From positions 28,256 to 92,255 of IMG/VR virus record IMGVR_UViG_3300027644_000004: DNA of 64,000 nt; one strand, 5' to 3'. This stretch comes from a virus. Below are positions 46,514 to 60,703 of the stretch, in pieces. Position 1 is the first letter of the stretch. The number at the start of each line of letters is the position of its first letter. The notes under the pieces are model-generated. The model made no database searches, was not told the DNA's origin, and saw only the letters and a list, made by a program, of their open reading frames with translations. The position numbers and the translations under genes were made by a program.

Positions 46514-46732
46514 ATGCCTACAACAGTGGTAAATTTAGACAAATGTCGCATAGACGAAGTGCTACACGTGGTAAAAGATCTACGACAACAAGGACTGATG
46601 CAAGGAAAAGAGTTTGACTTTGCATGGCACCCGGGACGATGGGACAACATGACCGGCGATATTCCCAGCCGTGTCGAATTTAGATTTTACGATGACAAAT
46701 GGGCAAGCTGGTTCAGTTTAAAATGGGCATGA
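46514..46732 (+). CDS. hypothetical protein (F.F....D...F.LKW family)
   Basis: EFRFYDDKWASWFSLKWA. Confidence 0.7.
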   Translation: MPTTVVNLDKCRIDEVLHVVKDLRQQGLMQGKEFDFAWHPGRWDNMTGDIPSRVEFRFYDDKWASWFSLKWA

Positions 46733-46767
46733 AGAAAAAACGTTTATTAACCAATCGAGGAGAATAT

Positions 46768-47178
46768 ATGAATGCAGACATGTGGGAAAAGGGCGAACTT
46801 GTTCGACTGCTCAAAGGAGCACCGGGTACACAGTACCAAGAGGCCAACGATACCGATAAAACCATCATGCGAGACTGGGTAAAGAGCCTGCTGAACAAGC
46901 AGGAGATCACTGTGCGATTTGTCAAGGCAGATGGCACCGAGCGTGATATGAAGTGTACCTTGAATTGGAATTTGATCCCAGAAAAGCCCCCAATGGCGGT
47001 TATATCACACAGTGCTTCCATTGTAGGACGAGTAGACGGGCTGGTGACAGAAACTAAAAAACCTCGAAAAGAACCAGATCCTGCTGTGATCAAAGTGTAC
47101 GATTTGGAAGCCAGCGCCTGGCGCAGTTTCCGTATGGACCGACTGAAGAAGATTACTGCTGAGCTAGCGTTCGAATAA
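46768..47178 (+). CDS. WYL-like/SH3-fold protein (DUF2693-like)
   Basis: V.F.K.DGTER.M.CTL...V.DLE...WRSFR.D. Confidence 0.8.
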   Translation: MNADMWEKGELVRLLKGAPGTQYQEANDTDKTIMRDWVKSLLNKQEITVRFVKADGTERDMKCTLNWNLIPEKPPMAVISHSASIVGRVDGLVTETKKPRKEPDPAVIKVYDLEASAWRSFRMDRLKKITAELAFE

Positions 47179-47187
47179 ATATATCCA

Positions 47188-47406
47188 ATGGCCAAAGAAG
47201 AAGCGATAAAAATGGATGGTGTTGTTATTGAGCTACTGCCCAATACCACATTTAGAGTTAAACTAGAAAAGTTTGAAAAACCCATACTGGCCATGCTGAA
47301 TGGCCGCATGCGCCAAAACAACATCAAGGTACTGCTGGGCGACACAGTTGAGTTGGAATTCAGTCCGTATGATCTAACACGGGGCCGAGTCACTCGTCGA
47401 CGCTAA
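47188..47406 (+). CDS. infA: translation initiation factor IF-1
   Basis: [20 protein letters not shown]...[19 protein letters not shown]. Confidence 0.96.
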   Translation: MAKEEAIKMDGVVIELLPNTTFRVKLEKFEKPILAMLNGRMRQNNIKVLLGDTVELEFSPYDLTRGRVTRRR

Positions 47407-47414
47407 ATATTCAC

Positions 47415-47957
47415 ATGCGTGATCAGATCGATTTAATTGAAGCCAGTACCCGTCCAGCCAAGCTGGAAACCACTCCTCTGCCCTACGGCATCAAAGACCT
47501 CGAGCCTGTAATGAGCAGGGCCACCATCGACTATCATTTTGACCACCTGGCCAAAGGCTATGCCAAGCGTTACAACGCAGGAGAAGGCAATGCGGATTTT
47601 AATCGTGCTGGCAGTTTTCTACACAATAAGTTTTTCCCCCAACTTCGTGCTCCTAAAGGTGCCAACCGCCCCCGCGGTGCAGTCCTGGCTTTAATTGAAG
47701 AACACTTTGAAACATATGAAGATTTTAAAATAGCTGTGAAAGAAACAGCCATGAAGATACAAGGCTCGGGCTGGGTATATTTGAGCACTTCGGGTGACAT
47801 CAAAACCATTGCCAATCATGCTGTGCGTACAGATATCTGCGTACTTATTGATTGGTGGGAACATGCCTGGGCTTTGGATTACCAAGCAGATAAAGAAAAA
47901 TACCTAGACAATATTTGGAAAATTATTGACTGGGACGTTTGTAACGAAAGACTATAA
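47415..47957 (+). CDS. sod: Fe/Mn superoxide dismutase with N-terminal extension
   Basis: LPY...LEP..S..T..YH, LHN.FF, GSGW.YL, DWWEHAW..DY; all four metal ligands present. Confidence 0.92.
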   Translation: MRDQIDLIEASTRPAKLETTPLPYGIKDLEPVMSRATIDYHFDHLAKGYAKRYNAGEGNADFNRAGSFLHNKFFPQLRAPKGANRPRGAVLALIEEHFETYEDFKIAVKETAMKIQGSGWVYLSTSGDIKTIANHAVRTDICVLIDWWEHAWALDYQADKEKYLDNIWKIIDWDVCNERL

Positions 47958-48280
47958 TGACATTAGAACCCAGCGCAATTTTAAAACTCAAAGATATTTT
48001 AGCAGAAGAAAACAATCCTGAAATTAAACTACGTGTATTTGTGCAGGGCGGCGGCTGCTCAGGATTCAGTTACGGCTTCACACTAGACGAAGCTCAAAAC
48101 GAAGACGACATGGATTTTGAATACGATTCAGTACGAGTGCTGGTGGATTCAATGAGCTGGCAGTATCTGCAGGGCTCCAGCATACGCTACGAAGAAACTT
48201 CCATGGGCAGTAGTTTTGCCATCAACAATCCGCAGGCAGTTTCAACCTGCGGCTGCGGCAGCAGTTTCAGTCCAACCTAA
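47957..48280 (+). CDS. erpA: A-type Fe-S carrier ErpA/IscA (HesB family)
   Basis: [17 protein letters not shown]...VDSMS.QYL.G...[11 protein letters not shown]. Confidence 0.93.
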   Translation: MTLEPSAILKLKDILAEENNPEIKLRVFVQGGGCSGFSYGFTLDEAQNEDDMDFEYDSVRVLVDSMSWQYLQGSSIRYEETSMGSSFAINNPQAVSTCGCGSSFSPT

Positions 48281-48283
48281 ACA

Positions 48284-48832
48284 ATGTCCATACTGCGAGA
48301 TGTCACGCACGAAACACACATGGCCGTTGAAAAATTGCCGTTTGTGCAGTATCTGCTCAAAGGCAACATCACTGAACCTCATTACATAGTGTATCTCAAT
48401 GAGATGCTAAACATATATCAGCATCTTGAAAACTTGGCTCAGAAGACCGGCCTGCTGAACACACTGCCAGGCCTGGCCCGAGCTGATAAGATTGCCAAAG
48501 ACTTGGAAGAACTGAGCCCGAACTACTCAGGCACACTGTGCAACAGCACAGTGCAGTATCTTGATTATCTAACAGAGCTGTCTAATTCCGATCGAAAACA
48601 TCAACTGTTTGCACACATCTATGTGCGACATCTCGGCGACATGTATGGCGGAAAACTAATTGCTCGTGTTGTTCCAGGGTCGGGCCGCTGGTATGAATTT
48701 GACAATCGTGTGGAACTGTTGAAGAATTTCAACGCCATGCTGAACATGGATCTAGCCGACGAGGCCTTAGTGTCGTTCGCACACTATGGAAATATTTTCA
48801 AGGACCTGTGGAATAAAATACATACAGTATGA
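48284..48832 (+). CDS. heme oxygenase
   Basis: LR..T...H..VE (proximal His), L.R...[17 protein letters not shown]. Confidence 0.88.
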   Translation: MSILRDVTHETHMAVEKLPFVQYLLKGNITEPHYIVYLNEMLNIYQHLENLAQKTGLLNTLPGLARADKIAKDLEELSPNYSGTLCNSTVQYLDYLTELSNSDRKHQLFAHIYVRHLGDMYGGKLIARVVPGSGRWYEFDNRVELLKNFNAMLNMDLADEALVSFAHYGNIFKDLWNKIHTV

Positions 48833-50493
48833 GATTTCACATTTTAGGCCTCCCCCACACAGTAAGTTCCGTAGAATACAATGCCTGTGCTTACACACAG
48901 AAAGTTGTTAAATTTGGAAAAATGATGACTGCCCGAGGGCATGAAGTTATTCACTACGGACACGAAGATTCCGACTTGGTCTGCACCGAACATGTGACTG
49001 TGACCACAAATCAAGATCTAGAAATTGCATACGGCAGTTATGACTGGCGTAAAAACTTCTTTAAATTTGACACCGGCGATCATGCCTATCAAACATTTTA
49101 TAAAAATGCCATCCGTGAAATAGGCTTGCGAAAACAGCCAAACGATTTTATACTGCCGTTCTGGGGGTCAGGAGTACGACCTGTGTGTGATGCACATCCA
49201 GACATGATCTGTGTAGAACCCGGCATTGGCTATGCAGGCGGGCACTGGGCACGATGGAAAATCTTTGAAAGCTATGCCATTTATCATGCCTATCTTGGCC
49301 TAGCTTCAGTGGGAACTTGCCAGCAGGACTGGTACGATGCAGTAATCCCAAACTACTTTGACCCAGACGATTTTGAATTTAGAGACAAAAAACAAGACTA
49401 TTTCTTGTTCCTGGGGCGTGTGTACTCGGGCAAAGGCATAGACATTGCAGTGCAGGTCACTGAAAAAATTGGTGCCAAATTGATCATTGCTGGGCAAAAT
49501 CCCGACAACCTACAGTTTCCCCCAAATGTGGAGTTTGTGGGCTATGCTGATGTTGCACGACGACGTGAGTTGATGGCTGGCGCTAAAGGTGCTTTTGTGG
49601 CCAGTCAATATCTTGAACCGTTTGGCGGCGTGCAGATTGAAATGTTGTTTTCTGGAACACCCACTATAACCACGGACTGGGGTAGTTTTACCGAAAACAA
49701 CGTACACGGTGTCACTGGCTATAGATGCAGGACTTTTGATCAATTCTGCTGGGCCGCACAGAACATAGACCGCATTGATCCGCAAAATTGTCGTACCTGG
49801 GCTGAGAATTTTTCACTTGACAAAGTGGCCAGCATGTACGAAGAATACTTTCAATCTGTGTTGAATGTGTACACTGGCAACGGCTGGTATGAACCCACAC
49901 CGGGTCGCAATGAGTTGTCCTGGCTGAATAAAAACTATCCAACCCTGCCCGAGCGCATTAACTTTGATGCAATTGCACACGAAGAAAAACCCTGGTCCAA
50001 TAGACTGGCACAGTGGATACATCACAACGTCGCCCCAGATTCAGTGCTGGACATTGGCTGTGGCCCGGGAATTTATGTAGACAGTTTGCAAGAGCAGGGA
50101 ATCGCTGCTACAGGAATTGATGTTGACTCGCGAGTGTACGGAAAACCGCATTTAAAATATCAAAGTCTTTTTGATATTTCTGATGAATCAGCACACACTG
50201 TGATCTGCATGGAAGTGGCCGAACATATTGATTCAGCACAGGAAGATTTGGTTGTTGAAAAGGTTGTCAGCACAGTGCGCAACACACTGATATGGACAGC
50301 AGCAGCCATTGGGCAAGGCGGCATTGGACACATCAACTGCAAAAACAAGCAGGATTGGGCTGACAAGTTGACAGCCGCTGGCCTGGTAAGAAATCACAAA
50401 AAAGAACACGAACTGATTGAGTATGCCATGCAAGGCTACCACATGGAATGGTTCGTCAACAACCTGCTGTACTTCGAAAAACCAGTATTGTAA
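48829..50493 (+). CDS. GT4 glycosyltransferase fused to SAM methyltransferase
   Basis: FLGR...[11 protein letters not shown]...GTP.ITTDWG...HG.TG; C-terminal [24 protein letters not shown]. Confidence 0.9.
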   Translation: MRFHILGLPHTVSSVEYNACAYTQKVVKFGKMMTARGHEVIHYGHEDSDLVCTEHVTVTTNQDLEIAYGSYDWRKNFFKFDTGDHAYQTFYKNAIREIGLRKQPNDFILPFWGSGVRPVCDAHPDMICVEPGIGYAGGHWARWKIFESYAIYHAYLGLASVGTCQQDWYDAVIPNYFDPDDFEFRDKKQDYFLFLGRVYSGKGIDIAVQVTEKIGAKLIIAGQNPDNLQFPPNVEFVGYADVARRRELMAGAKGAFVASQYLEPFGGVQIEMLFSGTPTITTDWGSFTENNVHGVTGYRCRTFDQFCWAAQNIDRIDPQNCRTWAENFSLDKVASMYEEYFQSVLNVYTGNGWYEPTPGRNELSWLNKNYPTLPERINFDAIAHEEKPWSNRLAQWIHHNVAPDSVLDIGCGPGIYVDSLQEQGIAATGIDVDSRVYGKPHLKYQSLFDISDESAHTVICMEVAEHIDSAQEDLVVEKVVSTVRNTLIWTAAAIGQGGIGHINCKNKQDWADKLTAAGLVRNHKKEHELIEYAMQGYHMEWFVNNLLYFEKPVL

Positions 50494-50536
50494 CTAATGG
50501 TAAATTCAGCATAAATAATCCGAAGAGGGATTTTTT

Positions 50537-51826
50537 ATGGCACAGCAAATAATCAATATTGGTAATTCGCCAAACGATGGCAACGGTGATCCGTTACGGA
50601 CGGCGTTTCGCAAGGCCAACGAAAACTTTACAGAACTGTACAACAGTGCCGTTGGGTTTGCCACCAATGTATTGTATGTCAGCAAGTCCGGCAGCGACAG
50701 CAACTCCGGCGTCACCCTTTCTTCAGCATTTCTCACAATTGCACGAGCAGTGCAAGAAGCCAACACACTTGTTGCCAACACACCAACTGCCAAAGTCTGT
50801 ATCTTTCTCAAGACCGGTTCTTATACCGAAAACAACCCAGTGGTGTTTGGACCAAATGTCACACTGTGGGCTGACAATCTCCGCAGTGTTTCGGTGTTGC
50901 CAGCAAACCCAACCAGCGACATTTTTCGACTCAGCAATGCCTGCTATGTGGCAGGACTCACATTCCGCGGGCACCTGTTCCCTGCAGCCGCAGTGGCATT
51001 TGTACCAAACGGACAAGTCATCACTACCAGTCCTTATGTACAGAACTGTTCCAGCATTACCACAACAGGCTGCGGCATGCGAGTAGACGGCAGTCTAGTA
51101 GGTGGGTTGAAATCCATGGTGGTTGATGCCTACACGCAGATCAATCAAGGCGGCAACGGTATTGAAATCATAAACCAAGGCTATTCACAGTTGGTCAGTG
51201 TGTTTACTGTCTGCTGTGAAATTGCAATTCTGTGCCAAAACGGCGGAACTTGCAGTCTAACCAACTCCAACACTTCATTTGGCACCTACGGACTGGTGGC
51301 CGACGGCAAAGTTGCCCAAAGTCTTTCAGGCTTCACTGACGGCATTGATCAAATTGGCAGTCAAATAGTGGTTGACGGGTTGGCCGCTCGTCCAACTATA
51401 AATCAATCAATCAGTTTTGATGGAGGTGTCACACTGTATGACATCTGGGACACAACACCGTTGTTGGCCGGACAATCTACAATCACCATTGGGGTCGATA
51501 TCACAATTCCAATACCCAACAACACTCCGTGTAGTTTTTACATAAGAAGTGCAATCAACGCCAGTGGTCACACATTTGAATATGTTGGTACCGGTAACGA
51601 CTTGGCCAATGCATTGCCGGCTTCCGGTGCAATTCCCATCGAAGCCAATCAAGTTCGCAAGCTCAATGGCGGCCAGGTGATCTATACCAGTACAGATGAA
51701 CGCGGTGACTTCAAAGTGGGTGATCAATTGACAATCAACGGTGCCACCGGCACAATCACCGGAGACACATTTGACAAGTCATTGTTTGCGGTCTTAACCC
51801 CATATATACTAGCACTCGAAGGATAA
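50537..51826 (+). CDS. virion structural protein (gp9/gp10-like N-terminus, beta-helix-like region)
   Basis: [23 protein letters not shown]; YVSKSGSD.N.G...AFLTI..A; SPYVQNCS; TAAATA at 50512. Confidence 0.8.
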   Translation: MAQQIINIGNSPNDGNGDPLRTAFRKANENFTELYNSAVGFATNVLYVSKSGSDSNSGVTLSSAFLTIARAVQEANTLVANTPTAKVCIFLKTGSYTENNPVVFGPNVTLWADNLRSVSVLPANPTSDIFRLSNACYVAGLTFRGHLFPAAAVAFVPNGQVITTSPYVQNCSSITTTGCGMRVDGSLVGGLKSMVVDAYTQINQGGNGIEIINQGYSQLVSVFTVCCEIAILCQNGGTCSLTNSNTSFGTYGLVADGKVAQSLSGFTDGIDQIGSQIVVDGLAARPTINQSISFDGGVTLYDIWDTTPLLAGQSTITIGVDITIPIPNNTPCSFYIRSAINASGHTFEYVGTGNDLANALPASGAIPIEANQVRKLNGGQVIYTSTDERGDFKVGDQLTINGATGTITGDTFDKSLFAVLTPYILALEG

Positions 51827-51832
51827 TCCACA

Positions 51833-54546
<2,714 letters not shown>

Positions 54547-54547
54547 C

Positions 54548-57004
54548 ATGGCACAACCGGTGTGGCTTACTCCTGCTGGTAATTTAGGAACATACCCCGA
54601 AGGTGTGTTTTTTCAGTTTCCATTGGTGGTACAACCACCAAATTTAGGCGAAACCGTCTATTTTAAAATTATTGCAGGTGATCTCCCCGATGGTGTGCAA
54701 GTGTCTGCCAATGGATTGATTGTTGGAGTTCCAATAGCAGTTGCCAACATACAAGGTACACCGGTTGAGGTTGCCCGAGACATAACCAGTAAATTTGCCG
54801 TTCGTGCATACACTACCAAAGTTGTAGCCGGACTCACTGTGATCAATCGCTTGGCCGACAGAACATTCAGCATCACAGTGAGTGGTCAAGATGCACCAGA
54901 GTGGATCACTCCCTCTAGTCAGATAGCCCAGTACTTTGATGGCAGCCAGGTATATGATTTACAATTGCAATACACCGACAACGATGCCAGTGATATTACT
55001 GTAGTGAGACTAATAGGAGGATCACTGCCGCCGGGACTAACACTCAGTCCCCGGGGTCGCATTTCAGGGGTAATTCCAATTGCAGCGGTGCCCGACGAAG
55101 CAGTGGGATTTGACAGAACACCGTTTGATTTATACAGATTCTCGCCTGTTCCTTACGGAGCCAATGCCAATTACGAGTTTACTGTGGAACTTACTGATGG
55201 AAAAAATTCTGCTGTTAGAACATTTAGTATATTTGTTTGGAGTAGAAGTTTATTGTCAGCTGATACCACAGTTGACACAGCCGATATTACATTTATCACT
55301 GCCGACGGTATAAACACTTGGATGCCAATTATTTTAAACGTTCCGGGATCAATTGGTACAGTGCAAAGCGAAAATTATTTTGCTTACAAGTTTAATGGAA
55401 TAGATTTTGCAGGTGATGATTTTACCTTTGTACTCAACGGTGGTGTCCTTCCACCCGGAACAGAATTAGATCCAGTAACCGGGTGGTTATACGGTTACAT
55501 ACCGGACCTTGGCCTAACAGAAAGAACATACACATTTTCTCTTAGAGTTTTTAAAAACAACGAGCCTACCTATACAAGTCAGCCCTATATATACAGTTTA
55601 ATTGTAAACGGGCCAGTTGAAACCAATATCTATTGGACCACACCTGCATCAGCTGCTGATCGTGCATTGAATCCCAGTCCATTGGGCACCATCGATAACG
55701 GCGCCACAAGTCAATTATATGTGGAAGCTGTAAGCGTTTCTGGATTGGTATTAGAATATAGAATACGATCAGGCAGCAACAGCAAATTGCCACAAGGACT
55801 AACACTGTTGCCATCAGGACACATAGTTGGACGTGTGAATTTTGATACATTTGTTCTAGACGGTGGTACCACAGTGTTTGACCTTGACAGCAGCAATCAA
55901 GGAGTAACTGCTCCAACCACGTTTGATTTGACATTTAACTTTACTGTAGAAGCATATGGCGGCAATGGATTGATCAGTGTGTTTAAAAATTTCTCAATTC
56001 GTGTCAACAGAGAATACAATGCTCCTTATGAGAATCTGTATGTGCTGGCAATGCCTCCACAGAATGATCGAGATCTAGTAAACGATTTATTGCAAAATAC
56101 TTCAATTATCCCCCCAAACTTGTTGTATCGCGGAGATGATCCAAGTTTTGGAAGAGCAACTTCGGTGATATACAATCATGCATTTGGATTAACTGCTGCC
56201 ACCTACACTGATTATGTTTCCAGCTTGTACGAAAATCACTACTGGAAAAATCTAGTGTTGGGCAGTATTGAAACTGCTCAGGCCATAGATCCTGTGACAG
56301 GACAAGCAGTGTATGAAGTAGTATACAGTAGAATTATTGATAACTTGGTCAATGATCAGGGAGAAAGTGTCAGTAAAGAAGTTGTGATTCCCTATCCAAT
56401 TGATCCCAACACAACAGCGGAAATTGACACAGTGTACCCCAACAGTTTAGAAAACATGCGCGACCAGGTAATTGATGTAGTTGGGCAAGTTAGCAATTTA
56501 CTGCCGTTATGGATGTTGTCAAAACAAACCAATGGTCGTGTACTGGGATTCACTCCTGCCTGGGTTATTGCATATGTCAAACCCGGATATAGCAAACAAA
56601 TTGCTTATAACATACGCACTGAATTTGACACACAGTTAAATTTAATAGATTTTGAAGTTGACCGTTATGAGTTAGACAAAGCGTTAACAAACAACTGGGA
56701 TCCGGTTACCAAACAGTGGGTGCCACAGCCACCGGCTGCAACCACATTTGATCTGACGTCAGTGCCAGGTCCGACTATTTTCGATGGCGGCAGTGTTCGA
56801 TTCATTACTCCTGTAGATATCTACTTAGACTCTACTACCACAGATTATGACAAGTATTTGGTATTTCCCAAAAGAAATATTATTTCGCCGGACGTTCCAA
56901 TTGTTCCGTCCACAGTGGTAAACTGGACCAACAATTCTGCCAATGCTGTTGCATGGACCAACAACGATGCCAGCACTGTCGCGTGGATAAACGATCCATT
57001 GTAA
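54548..57004 (+). CDS. baseplate/structural protein with putative Ig-like repeats
   Basis: Repeated W.TP.G.LG and G.LP.GL.L...G.I.G units. Confidence 0.75.
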   Translation: MAQPVWLTPAGNLGTYPEGVFFQFPLVVQPPNLGETVYFKIIAGDLPDGVQVSANGLIVGVPIAVANIQGTPVEVARDITSKFAVRAYTTKVVAGLTVINRLADRTFSITVSGQDAPEWITPSSQIAQYFDGSQVYDLQLQYTDNDASDITVVRLIGGSLPPGLTLSPRGRISGVIPIAAVPDEAVGFDRTPFDLYRFSPVPYGANANYEFTVELTDGKNSAVRTFSIFVWSRSLLSADTTVDTADITFITADGINTWMPIILNVPGSIGTVQSENYFAYKFNGIDFAGDDFTFVLNGGVLPPGTELDPVTGWLYGYIPDLGLTERTYTFSLRVFKNNEPTYTSQPYIYSLIVNGPVETNIYWTTPASAADRALNPSPLGTIDNGATSQLYVEAVSVSGLVLEYRIRSGSNSKLPQGLTLLPSGHIVGRVNFDTFVLDGGTTVFDLDSSNQGVTAPTTFDLTFNFTVEAYGGNGLISVFKNFSIRVNREYNAPYENLYVLAMPPQNDRDLVNDLLQNTSIIPPNLLYRGDDPSFGRATSVIYNHAFGLTAATYTDYVSSLYENHYWKNLVLGSIETAQAIDPVTGQAVYEVVYSRIIDNLVNDQGESVSKEVVIPYPIDPNTTAEIDTVYPNSLENMRDQVIDVVGQVSNLLPLWMLSKQTNGRVLGFTPAWVIAYVKPGYSKQIAYNIRTEFDTQLNLIDFEVDRYELDKALTNNWDPVTKQWVPQPPAATTFDLTSVPGPTIFDGGSVRFITPVDIYLDSTTTDYDKYLVFPKRNIISPDVPIVPSTVVNWTNNSANAVAWTNNDASTVAWINDPL

Positions 57005-57025
57005 ATAAGACAACAAAGGAAAACA

Positions 57026-59053
57026 ATGACGAGTCTTTACACTTTTGCAACACAATCAGGAAATATTCCACTTAGTGAACTGGATGCTAACTTTTTAGAA
57101 GTCAGTCAGCGTGTCAACAATGCCAATTATGTGGTTGCTGGAAATCAAAGCAATATTACCGATGTTGGCACGTTGAACAACTTGTCGGTGTTCGGCAATG
57201 TGTTGGCCGGCAATATCTCAACAGATGGCAATATCTCAACTGTTGGCAACGTTACAGTCGGTAATGTGAGAGTAACAGGCATACTATCAGCTGCTGGCAA
57301 TGTCACCGGCAACTATCTCTTCGGCGATGGCGGCTTTTTAAGCAACGTTACTACGACCAGCAACGTGGCTGTAACTCGAATTGCCAATGGTGTGTCAGTT
57401 ATCAGCATTGACAGCAGTGGCGGCAATGCAACAGTACAAATTGATGGCACAGCAAACGTAGCTGTGTTTAGTCCCACCGGAGTCTCGTTCGGTGGCGTGG
57501 CCAACATAACTGGCAATGTTGATGCAGGCAACTTGAGAACAACTGGCGCTGTGTCACTAGCCGGCAACGTGATTGCCAATGGCAATGTGACTGCCACATC
57601 AATGATTTTGTCCAACAGTGTTTTTGCTGCTGCTGCCAATGTGTCAGGCAATGTCACTGGTGGCAACGTTTCCACAAACGGCCAAGTCACTGCGGTTGGT
57701 AACATACGTGGCGCAAACATTATTACCACTGGAATTGTAACTGCGCAAGGCAACATTGTTGCTGGCAATATCTCAACTGTTGGCACAATCAGTGCTCAAG
57801 GCAACGTGATTGGCGGAAATCTTGTGACTACCGGAAATGCCAGTATTGGAAATGCCAGTGCTGTTGGCAATGTCACTGGTGCTTACATCTTGGGCAATGG
57901 TTCGCAGTTGACTGGTATTGTTTCCACTTATGGCAATTCCAACGTGTCTGCTTACTTGGCTGTTTACTTGCCTACCTATACTGGCAACTCAGGCAGTGGC
58001 AATGTTCTTTCTACTGGCAATATATCTGCAGCAGGCAATGTCACTGGTGCTTACATCTTGGGCAATGGTTCGCGGTTGACTGGCGTGGTGTCAAGTTATG
58101 GCAATTCTAATGTGGTCACGCTGTTGTCTGCATTTGGCAGCAACACAGTCAGTACCACCGGCAACATCAGTGGTGGGTACATCTTGGGCAATGGTTCGCA
58201 GTTGACTGGCGTGGTGTCAAGTTATGGCAATTCTAATGTGGTCACGCTGTTGTCTGCATTTGGCAGCAACACTGTCAGTACCACTGGCAACATCAGTGGT
58301 GGGTACATCTTGGGCAATGGTAGTCAACTAGTTGGACTACCTGCACAGTACGGCAACAGCAATGTTGTTACTTTGCTATCCGGATTTGGATCAAACACAA
58401 TCAGTACCACCGGCAACATCAGTGGTGGGTACATCTTGGGCAATGGTAGCCTGTTAACAGGTGCTCCGGCTGGAGCAACTGGCGCTACAGGTGCCACTGG
58501 TGCACCGTCAACAGTGCCCGGAGCAACAGGAGCCACTGGCTTAGGTGCCACAGGCGCCACTGGCGCAACTGGACTCGGCGCAACCGGTGCCACTGGCGCA
58601 CCGTCAACAGTGCCCGGAGCAACAGGATCCACAGGAGCCACTGGACTCGGTGCAACCGGCGCAACTGGACTCGGCGCAACCGGTGCCACTGGCGCACCGT
58701 CAACTGTACCGGGCGCCACTGGTGCTACCGGTTCGTTCAGTGGAAGTTTAACCGCTAATATCAATGGACAAGGTTATAGTATTAGTAATGTAGCTATTAT
58801 CAGTGCCACCGGCAATATGATAGCCGCAAACTTTGTTGGCGGCGGCGCAGGAACTCCGCAACTGATTTCCAGTACCAGTTTAATACTGGGTGCAGCCACA
58901 GTGGTACAAGTAACTGGTGCGCCGTTTAGACTGGCCAGTTTAACCACCGGTCAACGAGACGCATTGACAGCAGTCAATGGAGACCTTATTTACAACTCGT
59001 CATTGAACAAGTTTCAAGGTTACGAAAACGGGGCCTGGGTTAATCTGATCTAA
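57026..59053 (+). CDS. fibre protein with GN(V/I)x repeats and collagen-like block
   Basis: FA...G.IPLS.LD.NF N-terminus, GNV repeats, GAT block, C-terminal GDLIYN....FQGY..G.W; TAAATA at 57002. Confidence 0.85.
   Translation: MTSLYTFATQSGNIPLSELDANFLEVSQRVNNANYVVAGNQSNITDVGTLNNLSVFGNVLAGNISTDGNISTVGNVTVGNVRVTGILSAAGNVTGNYLFGDGGFLSNVTTTSNVAVTRIANGVSVISIDSSGGNATVQIDGTANVAVFSPTGVSFGGVANITGNVDAGNLRTTGAVSLAGNVIANGNVTATSMILSNSVFAAAANVSGNVTGGNVSTNGQVTAVGNIRGANIITTGIVTAQGNIVAGNISTVGTISAQGNVIGGNLVTTGNASIGNASAVGNVTGAYILGNGSQLTGIVSTYGNSNVSAYLAVYLPTYTGNSGSGNVLSTGNISAAGNVTGAYILGNGSRLTGVVSSYGNSNVVTLLSAFGSNTVSTTGNISGGYILGNGSQLTGVVSSYGNSNVVTLLSAFGSNTVSTTGNISGGYILGNGSQLVGLPAQYGNSNVVTLLSGFGSNTISTTGNISGGYILGNGSLLTGAPAGATGATGATGAPSTVPGATGATGLGATGATGATGLGATGATGAPSTVPGATGSTGATGLGATGATGLGATGATGAPSTVPGATGATGSFSGSLTANINGQGYSISNVAIISATGNMIAANFVGGGAGTPQLISSTSLILGAATVVQVTGAPFRLASLTTGQRDALTAVNGDLIYNSSLNKFQGYENGAWVNLI
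58052..58447 (+). repeat. 126-bp (42-aa) tandem repeat x3
   Basis: YILGNGS... units start at 58052, 58178, 58304 and 58430; the first two units are almost identical at DNA level. Confidence 0.9.
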
Positions 59054-59059
59054 CAGCAC

Positions 59060-60631
59060 ATGGAACGTGAATACAATGTAATTCTCAACAAAGGCGTGGA
59101 CTACACTGCCTTTTGGCAGGAAATGGAAACTGCTGGTCAGCACAGTGCAGCCGTACCCGAACGAGCAGTGACCATTGTCAACGACCGATCAGTGATGCAA
59201 CGACAGTGTCACTATGCCTTGACTGATGAAGAAGCAGAAGCTCTAAGACTTGACCCCAGAGTGTTGGACGTGGAAATTCCGCCTGAGCAACAACCGGACT
59301 TGATCGTCGGCCCGTGTGCGGTACAACGCGGTAACTGGAGTTATTTTGCCAGTTCCTCAGTGGCCCTGAACTGGGGAATGTTTCGCTGTGTGACCAGCGA
59401 CAATTCCAATTATTATCAGGCCACTGATGGTGAATTCCCTTACATGTTGGACGGCACTGGTGTAGATGTAGTGATACAGGATACCGGCTGCCAACCCGAT
59501 CATCCTGAATGGCAAGATGCCAATGGCGTGTCAAGATTTCAGGCCATAGACTGGTATTCAGCCAGTGGAGTACCCGGAACTCAAAGTGGCAATTTTTATT
59601 TAGATTACTACGGGCACGGCACACATGCTGCCGGCACAGTGGCCGCCAAGACCTATGGCTGGGCCAAAAACGCCAGGATCTATGCCATGCACATTCCTTT
59701 AGGAGTTGCCGGAGACGAGTATGCAATACCTATCTCCACCAGTTTTGAATGCATACTGGGGTGGCATCTGAACAAACCCATTGATCCTGTGACCGGATTT
59801 CGCCGACCCACAGTGGTATCGGCTAGCTGGGGTACCTTTAACACTTACACCAGCTTTGATGGTGTACGATATCGCGGTAATGATTATGGCGACAGTGTGC
59901 AAGAAAACCTGGGTATGACCAGTTATTTTGACGACAACCGTTTTTCTGCCAGAAATTCATCGTATGATGCTGCTGTGGACGAATTAATGGACAACGGAAT
60001 CATGTATGTACATGCGGCTGGCAACAACACCATCACAGCTGATGTGCCCGGCGGCGCTGACTACGACAACAACATATTTCAAGAATTTATTGGCATCAAA
60101 TACAATCGTAGATATTATCAACGCGGCATGAGTCCGTCGGATACTAATCAACGATCAATCAATGTGGGAGCGGCCAATCCAGTGTATTCAGGGCCCATTG
60201 GTCCTGACACCAACGGCAAATCTGGTTTTAGTAACACAGGAAATTTTATTGATTTATTTACTCCAGGTGTTGACATAATCAGCACCTGGAGTAACCAGGC
60301 ACCACAGGGAATACCATACCCGCAAAATAATAGTTTTTTCATACAATATCTCAGTGGAACCAGTATGGCCTGCCCACAAGTGGCTGGTTTTGTGGCTTGC
60401 CTATATCAAAAGTGGCCCGGTGCCACTGTGGAATTTATTAAAAATCAGTTGATTAATAATTGCACTGTGTCTGGAATCATGCAGGCCAGCGCCAGTTACA
60501 CTGACTACATCGAAAGCAACAAGGTAAGAGGTACCAATCGTTTTTTGTTCATGAATGAATTTGCGTCAGCTACCAATGGATCTGTGAATCTCAACGGTGC
60601 TTCTTTGACCAATTTAGCTCTAAGATTCTGA
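59060..60631 (+). CDS. subtilisin-like S8 serine protease
   Basis: DVVIQDTG, HGTHAAG, AAGN, SGTSMACP; prodomain Y.LTDEEA..L..DPRV..VE. Confidence 0.9.
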   Translation: MEREYNVILNKGVDYTAFWQEMETAGQHSAAVPERAVTIVNDRSVMQRQCHYALTDEEAEALRLDPRVLDVEIPPEQQPDLIVGPCAVQRGNWSYFASSSVALNWGMFRCVTSDNSNYYQATDGEFPYMLDGTGVDVVIQDTGCQPDHPEWQDANGVSRFQAIDWYSASGVPGTQSGNFYLDYYGHGTHAAGTVAAKTYGWAKNARIYAMHIPLGVAGDEYAIPISTSFECILGWHLNKPIDPVTGFRRPTVVSASWGTFNTYTSFDGVRYRGNDYGDSVQENLGMTSYFDDNRFSARNSSYDAAVDELMDNGIMYVHAAGNNTITADVPGGADYDNNIFQEFIGIKYNRRYYQRGMSPSDTNQRSINVGAANPVYSGPIGPDTNGKSGFSNTGNFIDLFTPGVDIISTWSNQAPQGIPYPQNNSFFIQYLSGTSMACPQVAGFVACLYQKWPGATVEFIKNQLINNCTVSGIMQASASYTDYIESNKVRGTNRFLFMNEFASATNGSVNLNGASLTNLALRF

Positions 60632-60703
60632 TATATCACCGCACACGGATAATTTAATCAGTGCGTAAACATGCTAAATACACTAACAACTTAGGATACA
60701 CAT

